A stretch of 43,740 nt of DNA from the NCBI GenBank assembly GCA_046095965.1, contig JBJTJO010000160.1, positions 1 through 43,740 of the forward strand, given 5' to 3'. Both the position numbers and the translations under genes were made by a program. The number at the start of each line of letters is the position of its first letter. Positions within the stretch are counted from its first letter, which is position 1. Positions 1-8,070 of this stretch are shown piece after piece. Source of the stretch: Planctomycetaceae bacterium (GTDB taxonomy: Bacteria; Planctomycetota; Planctomycetia; Pirellulales; UBA1268). A model generated the notes under the pieces. That model made no database searches and was not told where the DNA came from. It saw nothing but the letters and a program-made list of their open reading frames with translations.

Positions 1-91
1 GGCCGCGAACCCTCGGCCAGGCGGGCAGGGTGTGCGGGTTCACGCCGGCCGAACTGGCGCTCGGGCTCGTGCATCTCGCAGGCCGCGGCGC

Positions 92-1417
92 GTGAGGATC
101 GTCCTCATCACCGCCGGAGCCGGGGGCCGCATCTGCGGGTCGTGCCTCCACGACAACACCCTCGTGAGGGCGCTGCGGGCCCGCGGCACCGATGCGCTGC
201 TCGTGCCGGCCTACGTGCCGACGACGACCGACGAGGAGAACGTCGCCGAGAGCCGGATCGTGATGGGGGGCGTGAACGTCTGGCTCCAGGAGCACGTGGC
301 GTTCTTTCGCCACGCGCCGGCCTGGCTCGACCGGCTCCTCGACGCACGGCCGCTCCTCCGCTGGCTGTCGGCAGGCACCGGCGGCACGCGGCCGGCCGAT
401 CTCGGGTCGCTCACGCTCTCGGCACTCCGGGGTGAATCCGGCAACCAGCGGAAGGAGGTGGCCAAGCTGGCCGCCTGGCTGGCGTCCGACGTGCAGCCCG
501 ACGTTGTCCACCTCTCCAACGCGCTCCTGCTGGGCGTGGCCCGCGCCGTCCGCGCGGCGACCGGTTCGCGGATCGTCTGCACGCTCTCGGGCGAGGACAT
601 CTTCATCGACGCGATTCCCGATCCGCAGCGGGCCGCGATCTGGGGCCTGCTCCGCGAGCGGGCCGCCGATGCCGACGCGTTCGTGGCCCTGAACGACTGG
701 TTCGCCGGCTTCATGGCCGACCGCCTGGCGGTCGCGCGGGGCCGGATCGACGTGATCCCGCACGGCCTCGACCTCGGGGCCTTTCCCGCGACGCCCCCCG
801 ACCTCGCGGCGCGGCGGCGAGTCCGCGGTGGCCGGCTCGTGGTCGGGTATCTGGCGCGGGCCTGCCGCGAGAAGGGGCTCGACCAGCTCGTCCGCGCCCT
901 CGCGATCGTGGCCCGGGATCGCGACGTGGAGGTCGTCGCGGCCGGGGCCACGGTCGATGCCGAGCGCGGCTACGTGGCGGGGTGCCTCGAACTCGCGCGG
1001 GACCTGGGCGTGGCCGGGCGGTTCGGCTGGCTCGGCCAGGTGGACCGCGCGGGCAAGCTCGCACTGCTGGAGTCGATCGACGTCCTCGCGATGCCGACCG
1101 TGCATCCCGAGGCGAAGGGCCTGCCCGTGATCGAGGCCCTGGCCGCGGGCGTGCCCGTCGTCGCGCCGCGCCACGGGGCGTTCCCGCAGCTCCTCGACGA
1201 CGGGCGGGCGGGGCTCCTGCACGCAGCCGGGTCACCCGCGGAGCTCGCCGGCGTGCTCGCGGCCGTCCTCGACGACGCGCCGCTCGCCGCGCGGCTCGGG
1301 GCCCACGGCCACGCGCTCGCCCGATCCCGGCACGCCGCCGCGGCCATGGCAGAGGCCCACGAGCGGCTCTACGCGACGCTCACGGCCGGTGGAGGCGGGG
1401 CGCATCGCGGAGCGTGA
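92..1417 (+). CDS. Glycosyltransferase, family 1/4 type (GT-B fold)
   Basis: ORF 32..1417. The conserved GT-B N-terminus 'RIVLITAGAGG' begins at the in-frame GTG at 92. The C-terminal 'HPEAKGLPVIEALAAGVPVVAPRHGAFPQLL' fits the E-x7-E sugar-nucleotide binding region of Glycos_transf_1 enzymes. The start (32 vs 92) is uncertain. Confidence 0.8.
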   Translation: MRIVLITAGAGGRICGSCLHDNTLVRALRARGTDALLVPAYVPTTTDEENVAESRIVMGGVNVWLQEHVAFFRHAPAWLDRLLDARPLLRWLSAGTGGTRPADLGSLTLSALRGESGNQRKEVAKLAAWLASDVQPDVVHLSNALLLGVARAVRAATGSRIVCTLSGEDIFIDAIPDPQRAAIWGLLRERAADADAFVALNDWFAGFMADRLAVARGRIDVIPHGLDLGAFPATPPDLAARRRVRGGRLVVGYLARACREKGLDQLVRALAIVARDRDVEVVAAGATVDAERGYVAGCLELARDLGVAGRFGWLGQVDRAGKLALLESIDVLAMPTVHPEAKGLPVIEALAAGVPVVAPRHGAFPQLLDDGRAGLLHAAGSPAELAGVLAAVLDDAPLAARLGAHGHALARSRHAAAAMAEAHERLYATLTAGGGGAHRGA

Positions 1418-1499
1418 GTCCGAGTAGACTCGTCGTCGGATCCGGATCGCGGAGACCGGGACAGAGACGGACCGAGGACACGTCAAGGAGTCACGGGTC

Positions 1500-2972
1500 A
1501 TGGCCCGAAAGCGAGGCAGGAAGCCGCGTCGTGCCGAGCCGGCGTGTGACGGCCCGGACGACGAGGCGATCGACCCGGCGGCATTGTTCGGCATGCTGGC
1601 CGACGCGCTCGGCCTCCAGGCACCGATCGACATCCGTGCCGGACGCAAGCCCTCGAAGGCGCAGCGCGCCGGCGCCGCTGCGGAGGAGCTCGTGGCCGAG
1701 GCCATGATGCTCGACATCGACGACCTGCCGCGGCAGCGGGCCGCCGGTCAGCGAACGGGCGACGGACTCGCGGCCGAGCAGTCACGGCTGGCCCACGAGG
1801 CGCTGGCGATCTCCCGCGACTGCGCCAGCGCCCACGCGTTGCTCGGCGACATCGCGGACTCACCGGCCGCCGCCGAGGAATGTTTCCGCGCCGGCCTTGC
1901 GGCCGGTGAGCGGGCGCTCGGTGCCGACGTGATCGAGCGGTATGCCGGCGAGTTGGGTCGGATCCCGGAAGCCCGTGGCTGGCTCATGTGCAGGCGCGGG
2001 CTCGTGCAGTGCCTCGGCACGATGGGACGGCACGACGAGGCGATTGCGGAGTGCGAGATGCTCGCCCGGCTCGACGCCGCCGATACGATCGCGGCCCGCT
2101 TCATGCACCTCGACCTGCTCGTCACGCAGGGGCATTTCGCCGCGGCCCGCCGGATCTGTGCGGACACGCGTGACGAGCCTTTCTCGGGCTGGTCCTACGC
2201 CCGGGCACTCGTCGAGTTCGCCGCCGAGGGCGACACGCCTGCGGCCCGCCGGCTGTTGGCGACGGCGGTCGAGGCCAATCCGCACGTTCCCCGGTTGATG
2301 CTCTCGGGCGACGAGGTCGAGCCGGCCGACGTGCTCGTCGAGGTCGGGGGACGGGACGAGGCGGCGATGTACGTTCGGGACTCACGCGCGACGTGGCTCG
2401 ACGTGCCGGGGTCACCGGCCTGGCTGCGGTCCGCGACCGACACGGCGCGCGATCGGCCCGACCGCGCACGACGCGCGCCCGGGCCGGACGATGGTCATCT
2501 GGTGCGGCTCGTCCTCATGGCGATCGACGTCCGCAGCCCCGATGGCCGGCTCGTGCACGTGGTCGTGATCGGGCAGTCGGGCGTGCAGCAGGGGCTGGCG
2601 ATCTATGAAGATCGCGCCGCCCTCGACGCGGCCCTCTCGGGAGATGAGACGGCCGCCGAGAGCGTCACGTCGTTGGCCGTGATGTTCGGAGAGGCGTTCG
2701 AGATCCACGCCATCGATCACGACCGGATCGAAAGCCGGGGCTTCGAGGTGGCCGGACCCGAGGCCTGGCCGCTCGTGATCCGGGTGGAGCCGGGCATGGT
2801 GACGCGCCCGCCGCTGGTGTGGGAGACGGAGCTCGTCACGGCCTGCCTGCGGGACGTGCCGGCCTTCGTGGCGGCGGTGCCTCCGCCTCGGCGCGGCTGG
2901 TTCTTCGGGCGCGGCGCATCGCCATCGGCGTCGTGGACCGCCCCGTCCGGCCAGAGGCTCTCGTGGACGTGA
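1500..2972 (+). CDS. Hypothetical protein: ST7/TPR-like helical-repeat N-terminal half plus an alpha/beta C-terminal domain of unknown function
   Basis: The ATG at 1500 is preceded by AAGGAG (1485..1490). The helical-repeat region 'HALLGDIADSPAAAEECFRAGLAAGERALG...GRHDEAIAECEMLARLD...AVEANPHVPRLML' resembles bacterial ST7-like TPR proteins by eye. GC3-rich codon usage is consistent with real coding sequence. No catalytic motif was recognised. Confidence 0.65.
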   Translation: MARKRGRKPRRAEPACDGPDDEAIDPAALFGMLADALGLQAPIDIRAGRKPSKAQRAGAAAEELVAEAMMLDIDDLPRQRAAGQRTGDGLAAEQSRLAHEALAISRDCASAHALLGDIADSPAAAEECFRAGLAAGERALGADVIERYAGELGRIPEARGWLMCRRGLVQCLGTMGRHDEAIAECEMLARLDAADTIAARFMHLDLLVTQGHFAAARRICADTRDEPFSGWSYARALVEFAAEGDTPAARRLLATAVEANPHVPRLMLSGDEVEPADVLVEVGGRDEAAMYVRDSRATWLDVPGSPAWLRSATDTARDRPDRARRAPGPDDGHLVRLVLMAIDVRSPDGRLVHVVVIGQSGVQQGLAIYEDRAALDAALSGDETAAESVTSLAVMFGEAFEIHAIDHDRIESRGFEVAGPEAWPLVIRVEPGMVTRPPLVWETELVTACLRDVPAFVAAVPPPRRGWFFGRGASPSASWTAPSGQRLSWT

Positions 2973-3000
2973 CATGGCCGGACGTGACATGGCCGGACGC
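2966..3000 (+). repeat. 15-bp perfect tandem duplication GACGTGACATGGCCG x2 plus a 5-nt partial third copy
   Basis: Read directly: 2966..2980 and 2981..2995 are identical, and 2996..3000 (GACGC) starts a third copy. Copy 1 contains the TGA stop of the upstream CDS (2970..2972). Each copy contains an ATG (2974 and 2989) in frame with the downstream ATPase. Confidence 0.9.
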
Positions 3001-3018
3001 ACCGAGACAGGAAGATCC

Positions 3019-4818
3019 ATGAAGAAGACCCGGGTTCGGCAGGCCGCGGCCACCACCGGCACGCTCAGGATCGGCGACCAGTGGAACGCGATCACGATCA
3101 TCGCGCACTCCCAGACGCATCCCCTCAAGGCGATCTGCGAGCTGGCGGAGAACGCGATCGACGCCGGGGCCACCAGCGTCCGCATCGTCCGCCGCCGGGC
3201 CCGGGGTCGGCTCCACCTGGAGGTGGCCGACGACGGCCGCGGCGTGGCCCCGGACGACTCGGGCGCGCCCGACTTCGAGCGGATCGCCACGCACCTCTGC
3301 GACTCGATGAAGCGGCATCTCGGCGCCGCCCGGCGGCAGGGCGTGCACGGCGAGTTCGGCATCGGCCTGCTCAGTTTCTGGAGCCTCGGCGAGGAATTGC
3401 GGATGACGTCCGGAGGGGGCGGCACCGCGCCACCCCGCGAATTGCACCTCGTCCGCGGCCGGCGGCAGTACGAGATCCGGCCGATGAAGGGGCGGCTGGC
3501 GACCGGCGGCACGCGGGTGCTGGTGGGGCCGCTGCTCGAGTCCACGAAGAATCTCGTCACCGGCGAGAAGATCGCCCGGTATCTCTCGGCGGAGCTACGC
3601 GACCGGATCCGCAACACCGGCGTGGTCATCGACGTGGTCGATGCCGTGGCCCGGCGCGAGATCCGCGTGGTGCCGCGCGAGTTCGACGGCGAGCGGCTGG
3701 AGATACCGCGGCGCTATCCGACCCCGCTCGGCGACGTGGGCGTGGAGCTCTACCTGCGGGGTGACGACGCGACGGGGCGGGGCGGGATCGCGGTCTGCAA
3801 GGACGGCACGCGGGTGCTCGCCGACATCGCGGAGTTGCTGGCGTTTCAGCAGGCCCCGTGGACCGACCGCCGGCTGGAGGGGCTCGTCGATTTCGAGGCC
3901 CTGGCCCTGGCGCCCGGCACCCGCTCGGGCATCGTGCCCGACGCGGCGCTCGACGCGCTCGTGGCCGTGGCCCCGGCGATCGCGGCCGACATCCAGGCGA
4001 TGGTGGCGACCCGCGAGCAGGCCGAGGCCGAGCGGGCCAGCCGGCAGCTGCTCAAGCAGGTGCACAAGGCCTTCACGTCGGCGCTCGCCGACTTGCCGGC
4101 CGAGGAGTACCTGTTCTTCGACATCCCGAAGACGGAGCCCGCGCTCCAGGACCGCGCGGGCACCGGCTCCGGGTCGAGCGCCGATCCGCGGTCGCGCCGG
4201 CCGCAATCCGGCGGCCCGGCGGCCGACGCCCCCGCGCTCTTCGCCGCCGATCCGGGGCCGCTCGCGGCCGTGCGGGTCACGCCGCGGCGGCCGCGCCGGC
4301 CCCCGGGCGGATCATGCCTGTTCACGGCCACTCCCTGCGACGCCGACGGCACGCCGATTCCGGACGGTGTGGCGATCGCCTGGCGGATCGTGTCTGGCAC
4401 CGCCGCGATCGCAACCGACGGCGCATCGTGCCGCGTGGCCTCGTCGGACATCGGGATCGTCGTCGTCGAGGCGACGGCGAAGCAGGGCGGCGTGGACGTG
4501 AGCGACCGCGCGGAGCTCAAGTTCGTGATCGATGCCGAGGGCGATGGTGCGGGCGGCCGCGGCCTGCCGGGCTACCGTCTCGAGCCGGAGCACGGCCAGC
4601 CCTGGCGGAGTCGCTACGATGCGGCCGCGAACGAGATCGTGATCAACTCGGCCCACCGCGACTTCCTCGCCAGCCGCGGGTCGGCGGCGAAGCATCGCCG
4701 CTATGTCGGCAAGCTCTACGCGAAGGAGGTCGTGCTCACGAACTTCCCGCACGAGTCGCCGGCCGAGGTGATGGAGCGGCTCATCGAGGTCACGCTCCGC
4801 ACCGAGGACGCGCTGTGA
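3019..4818 (+). CDS. GHKL (Bergerat-fold) ATPase, MutL/MORC-like (HATPase_c_3-type), with an internal Ig-like (Big_2-like) segment
   Basis: Bergerat motifs occur in order: N box 'ICELAENAIDAGATSV', G1 'VADDGRGV', G2 'HGEFGIGLLSF'. There is no His-kinase H-box and no MutL C-terminal region. An Ig-like beta segment lies at about 4265..4530 ('VRVTP..SCLFTATPCDADGTPIPDGVAIAWRIVSGTAAIATDG..VVVEATAKQGG'). The ATG at 3019 follows AGGAAG; in-frame ATGs at 2974 and 2989 are alternatives. Confidence 0.8.
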   Translation: MKKTRVRQAAATTGTLRIGDQWNAITIIAHSQTHPLKAICELAENAIDAGATSVRIVRRRARGRLHLEVADDGRGVAPDDSGAPDFERIATHLCDSMKRHLGAARRQGVHGEFGIGLLSFWSLGEELRMTSGGGGTAPPRELHLVRGRRQYEIRPMKGRLATGGTRVLVGPLLESTKNLVTGEKIARYLSAELRDRIRNTGVVIDVVDAVARREIRVVPREFDGERLEIPRRYPTPLGDVGVELYLRGDDATGRGGIAVCKDGTRVLADIAELLAFQQAPWTDRRLEGLVDFEALALAPGTRSGIVPDAALDALVAVAPAIAADIQAMVATREQAEAERASRQLLKQVHKAFTSALADLPAEEYLFFDIPKTEPALQDRAGTGSGSSADPRSRRPQSGGPAADAPALFAADPGPLAAVRVTPRRPRRPPGGSCLFTATPCDADGTPIPDGVAIAWRIVSGTAAIATDGASCRVASSDIGIVVVEATAKQGGVDVSDRAELKFVIDAEGDGAGGRGLPGYRLEPEHGQPWRSRYDAAANEIVINSAHRDFLASRGSAAKHRRYVGKLYAKEVVLTNFPHESPAEVMERLIEVTLRTEDAL

Positions 4819-4869
4819 CGTTCCGTGGACGAAGCCTTCCGGGGCCAGCGTCCATCCGGCCGGCTGCGA

Positions 4870-5718
4870 TCAGGCCACGAGCCGTCCCTGGCGGAGGATG
4901 CGCACGCCCTCCGACTTCGCGTAGGCGGCCGTCTTGTCGCTGATGCGGTCGCAGGCCACGAGCGCCACCGCCGCGAGGCCTGCCTTGACGAGCGCCGCCG
5001 CCCGCCGGGCCGCGCGGTCCACGTCATCGGAGTCGGCCGTCCAGGAGACCTCGCCGACCACGTAGGCCGGCCGGCCGTCGAGCAGTCCTTCGGCGATGAG
5101 GTCGGCGCGGGTCACGTCCTCCAGTTCGGTCAGCGACAACGACGGTTCGACGCGGTCGATGAGCGCCGAGACGTCGGTGAGTCGGGCCCGCCGCAGCCAC
5201 AGCCCGAGGCACGAGGGTAGCCGGTCGCGGATCCGCAGCTCGAGGATCATGCCGGAGTGTTCGTCGGTGCGGAGGCCGAGCCGCCGCACCACCTTCACGA
5301 GCAGCGACATCTCCCGCGAGAGCTCCTCGACGCGAGCCTCGGTGCGGGCCTGGGCCTCGGCGAGTTGATCGATGCGCTCGGCGAGGCGATCGACGCGGGC
5401 CTCGGTGCGGGCCTGGGCCTCGGCAAGCTGTTCGAGACGCTGGGCGAGCTGTTCGACGCGAGCCTCGGTGCGAGCCTGGGCCTCGGCGAGCTGTTCGACG
5501 CGGGCCTCGGTGCGGGCCTGGGCCTCGGCGAGATTCGCGATCGCTGCGTCGAGCCGCGACACGTTGGCGTCGATCGAGTCGCGGAGAATCCGGAAATCCT
5601 CCTTCGTCACCGAGTTGCGGACCTCGTCGAGCATGCCCTCCAGCGTGGCGGCGAAGTTCCGCGCCGACTCCTCGCCGAGGAGCGACCGGAACTGCTCGAA
5701 GATGGCGAGGGTGTTCAT
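4870..5718 (-). CDS. Coiled-coil protein with 'LAEAQARTEARV' repeats and a C-terminal restriction-endonuclease-like (PD-(D/E)XK-type, DUF3782-like) domain
   Basis: ORF 4870..5814. I prefer the ATG at 5718 ('MNTLAIFEQF...') because an extended -10-like element sits 7 nt upstream. The protein has four 14-aa repeats separated by heptad-multiple spacers. The C-terminus 'ADLIAEGLLDGRPAYVVGEVSWTADSDDVDRAARRAAAL' resembles the D...E-V-S/K core of this uncharacterised family. Family assignment is from memory, not a search. Confidence 0.7.
   Translation of the reverse strand: MNTLAIFEQFRSLLGEESARNFAATLEGMLDEVRNSVTKEDFRILRDSIDANVSRLDAAIANLAEAQARTEARVEQLAEAQARTEARVEQLAQRLEQLAEAQARTEARVDRLAERIDQLAEAQARTEARVEELSREMSLLVKVVRRLGLRTDEHSGMILELRIRDRLPSCLGLWLRRARLTDVSALIDRVEPSLSLTELEDVTRADLIAEGLLDGRPAYVVGEVSWTADSDDVDRAARRAAALVKAGLAAVALVACDRISDKTAAYAKSEGVRILRQGRLVA
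5336..5532 (-). repeat. In-frame tandem repeats (units of 63, 63 and 42 nt plus a final core) inside the coiled-coil CDS
   Basis: The 29-nt core GCCTCGGTGCGGGCCTGGGCCTCGGCGAG starts at 5336, 5399, 5462 and 5504 with at most 1 mismatch per copy. All periods are multiples of 21 nt (one heptad). Confidence 0.9.
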
Positions 5719-5735
5719 GAACGCATGTATACCAC
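5719..5735 (-). promoter_or_regulatory. Extended -10-like element (TGgTATACA) 7 nt upstream of the ATG at 5718; possible leaderless transcript
   Basis: The minus-strand sequence reads CCTTTG TGGTATACA TGCGTTC ATG. The AT-rich hexamer stands out in a GC-rich background. No clear -35 element and no SD sequence are present. Confidence 0.3.
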
Positions 5736-5950
5736 AAAGGCCGTGGGGGGCAAGTGGCCGATCCGCCCGCGGACATACCGGATGATCGCCGCTCCTGGCC
5801 GCGGGGGCAACCACCTCCCGATCGACACGTCACCCCGGGGCCGTGGGCAGGCGGCAGCGCTCGTCCGTCTTGCCGCTGCCGCATGGGCAGGGCGCATTGC
5901 GGCCCACCTGGCTTCCGCGCTCGAGCCCCCCTGCGTCGGCGAAGCCGGCG

Positions 5951-6928
5951 TCAGGCGTGCGGCCGCGAGTCCTCGCCGCCGGCGGTCTCGGGGCCGCCCT
6001 TCTTCTCGGGGAACATGAGCGACGCCGCCACGCTCGTGCCGATGAGCGCCACGATCACGACGAGCGACACGGCGGGATGCACGAGATGCCCCTTGGCGTG
6101 GGCATCCCAGCCGCCCCGCGCGGCCAGCCACTCGGTGTGCCGCGCGGCCTCGGCGATCATCTTGAGCCCCACGAACACGAGCACCGCCGAGAGGCCGTAG
6201 TTGAGGAAGCGGAACAGGCCCATCACGCCCGCCAGCAGGAAGTAGAGCGCCCGCAGGCCGAGGATCGCGAACACGTTGCTCGTGAAGGCGATGAACCGCA
6301 TGTAGGGGGTGCCCTTCTCGACCACGCCGAGGATCGCCGGCACGCTGTCCACCGCGAACAGGACGTCGGTGCTCTCGACGATGAGCAGCACGAGGAACAG
6401 CGGGGTCGCCATCAGCCGGCCCTGCTCGCGCACGAAGAATTTGTCGCCGGACGCCGTGTTCGTCACCGGGATGATGCGGCGGAAGAAGCGGATCATCGCG
6501 TTGTCGCCCGGCTCGTGGTCGCCGTCGCCAAAGGCCAGTTTCACGCCGGTGTAGACGAGAAACCCGCCGAACAGCCACATCACCCAGTGGAACCGCTCCA
6601 CGAGTTCGGCCCCGAGGAGCACGAACGTGAGCCGCATGACGACGGCCCCGAGGATGCCCCAGAAGAGGACGCGGTACTGGTACTTCAGCGGCACGCCGAA
6701 ATAGCCGAACACGACGGCGAACACGAAGACGTTGTCCATCGAGAGCGACCACTCGACGAGGTAGCCCGTGAGGAACTCGAGGGCCGCCTTGCCGTCCAGC
6801 CACCACCAGACGAGGCCGTTGAAGGCCAGCGCGAGCGCCGACCAGAAGCAGGTCCAGAAGGCGCTCTCCCGCAGGCTCGGCTCGTGCGACTGCTTGTGGA
6901 AGACCGTGAGGTCGAGGACGAGCAGCAC
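5951..6928 (-). CDS. TerC/Alx-family integral membrane protein
   Basis: 'LDLTVFHKQSHEPSLRESAFWTCFWSALALAFNGLVWWW...FLTGYLVEWSLSMDNVFVFAVVF...ESTDVLFAVDSVPAILGV' are typical TerC-family motifs. The listed start is the GTG at 6928. The in-frame upstream sequence encodes the expected first TM helix ('DAIHWLGFAALVAV'), so the true start is probably upstream (see findings). Confidence 0.9.
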   Translation of the reverse strand: MLLVLDLTVFHKQSHEPSLRESAFWTCFWSALALAFNGLVWWWLDGKAALEFLTGYLVEWSLSMDNVFVFAVVFGYFGVPLKYQYRVLFWGILGAVVMRLTFVLLGAELVERFHWVMWLFGGFLVYTGVKLAFGDGDHEPGDNAMIRFFRRIIPVTNTASGDKFFVREQGRLMATPLFLVLLIVESTDVLFAVDSVPAILGVVEKGTPYMRFIAFTSNVFAILGLRALYFLLAGVMGLFRFLNYGLSAVLVFVGLKMIAEAARHTEWLAARGGWDAHAKGHLVHPAVSLVVIVALIGTSVAASLMFPEKKGGPETAGGEDSRPHA

Positions 6929-7140
6929 CGCGACGAGGGCGGCGAAGCCGAGCCAGTGGATGGCGTCGATCGTGACCGCGCCGGCCGGGGGGACGAGAGC
7001 GTCACATGGTAGCCGCCGCGACGATTTCGGACACGCTCACCGTCCACGCCTGTCCCTCGGGGCGAGGCGCCGGCGGCCCGACCGGCTCGACCCATGCGGC
7101 TCGGGCTCGTTGACGCCCGAGGATCACGTGAAAACCATCA

Positions 7141-8022
7141 TCACTCGGCGAGCGCGGTGTGGAGTTGGGCGATGTCGGCGGCGTCGGTTCCGCAGCATCC
7201 GCCCACGATCGCGACGCCGGCGTCGCGCCAGGCAGGCAGCCAGTCGGCGAATGACGCGGCGCGTGCGCCGCGCCAGCGGCCCGCTGCGGCGTCCCACGTT
7301 CCACCACGGTTGGGATAGGCGATGATCGGCACGTCGGTGACCGCCCGGATGCGCCGGGCCAGCCCCGCGACCAGTTCGGGTTCCACGCAGTTGACGCCGA
7401 CCGCGGCCAGCCCGGGCGTGTCGGCGACCGCGGCCACGGCGTCCTCGATGGACGGGCCCGCCCACAGGCGCCGCTCGTCCGCACAGGTGAACGAGAACCA
7501 TTTCGGAAGGCTCGGGTGTGCCTCGAGCAGCCCGCTCAGCACCCGGGCCTCGACCAGGTCGGGGATCGTCTCGATCGCGAGCACGTCCGGCCCGGCCGCC
7601 ACCAGCACCTCGAGCCGTTCGCGGTGAAAGGCGGCGAGCTCGGCGCGGGATAACCCGTAGTTGCCCCGGTACTCGGCGCCATCATGCGTGATCGCCCCGA
7701 ACGGACCGATGCTCGCGGCGACCAGCGCCCGCGGGGCGGCCGGGTCGCGGGTGTCGCGCACGGCCCGACGTGCCACCGCCACGGATTCCGTGAGTGCGCG
7801 GTCGGCATCCGCCACCGACATGCCACTGGCCACGAACCCGGCGCGCGAGAGCTGATAGCTCGACGTGATGACCGCCGTCGCCCCCGCATGCACGAAGTCC
7901 CGGTGTGCCTGTTCCACCAGCCGCGGGTCGTCAAGCAGCGCCCGGCCGGTCCACAACGGGCCGTCGATGCAGGTGCCCAGCCTGGAGAGTTGGGTGGATA
8001 GTCCGCCGTCGATCAGGTGCAT
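7141..8022 (-). CDS. mmuM: Homocysteine S-methyltransferase
   Basis: 'MHLIDGGLSTQL...PLWTGRALLDDPRLVEQAHRDFVHAGATAVITSSYQLS' and the C-terminal 'VGGCCGTDAADI' (zinc-binding Cys pair) fit the S-methyl_trans family. The ORF extends to 8061; the ATG at 8022 fits the conserved N-terminus. Confidence 0.88.
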   Translation of the reverse strand: MHLIDGGLSTQLSRLGTCIDGPLWTGRALLDDPRLVEQAHRDFVHAGATAVITSSYQLSRAGFVASGMSVADADRALTESVAVARRAVRDTRDPAAPRALVAASIGPFGAITHDGAEYRGNYGLSRAELAAFHRERLEVLVAAGPDVLAIETIPDLVEARVLSGLLEAHPSLPKWFSFTCADERRLWAGPSIEDAVAAVADTPGLAAVGVNCVEPELVAGLARRIRAVTDVPIIAYPNRGGTWDAAAGRWRGARAASFADWLPAWRDAGVAIVGGCCGTDAADIAQLHTALAE

Positions 8023-8070
8023 GATGGGGCCCGAAGAATCGTGGCGCGCGGCCGGCGCCACCCGCGTCAG

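Noticed and set aside
5336-5532. CRISPR-like regular repeats.
   Set aside because: The repeats are in frame inside a coiled-coil CDS. The 'spacers' are 13-34 nt and are themselves related heptad-coding sequence. There are no cas genes, and the periodicity is a multiple of 21 nt.
6929-7140. A possible yybP-ykoY (Mn2+) riboswitch in the 5' region of the TerC-family gene.
   Set aside because: I read the minus strand of the whole spacer. The hallmark GGGGAGUAG and UUGACA(U)A/GACC elements of the family are absent, and only generic GC hairpins are present (for example CTCGGGC-N8-GCCCGAG at about 7100..7121). A cmscan would be decisive, but the sequence gives no positive support.
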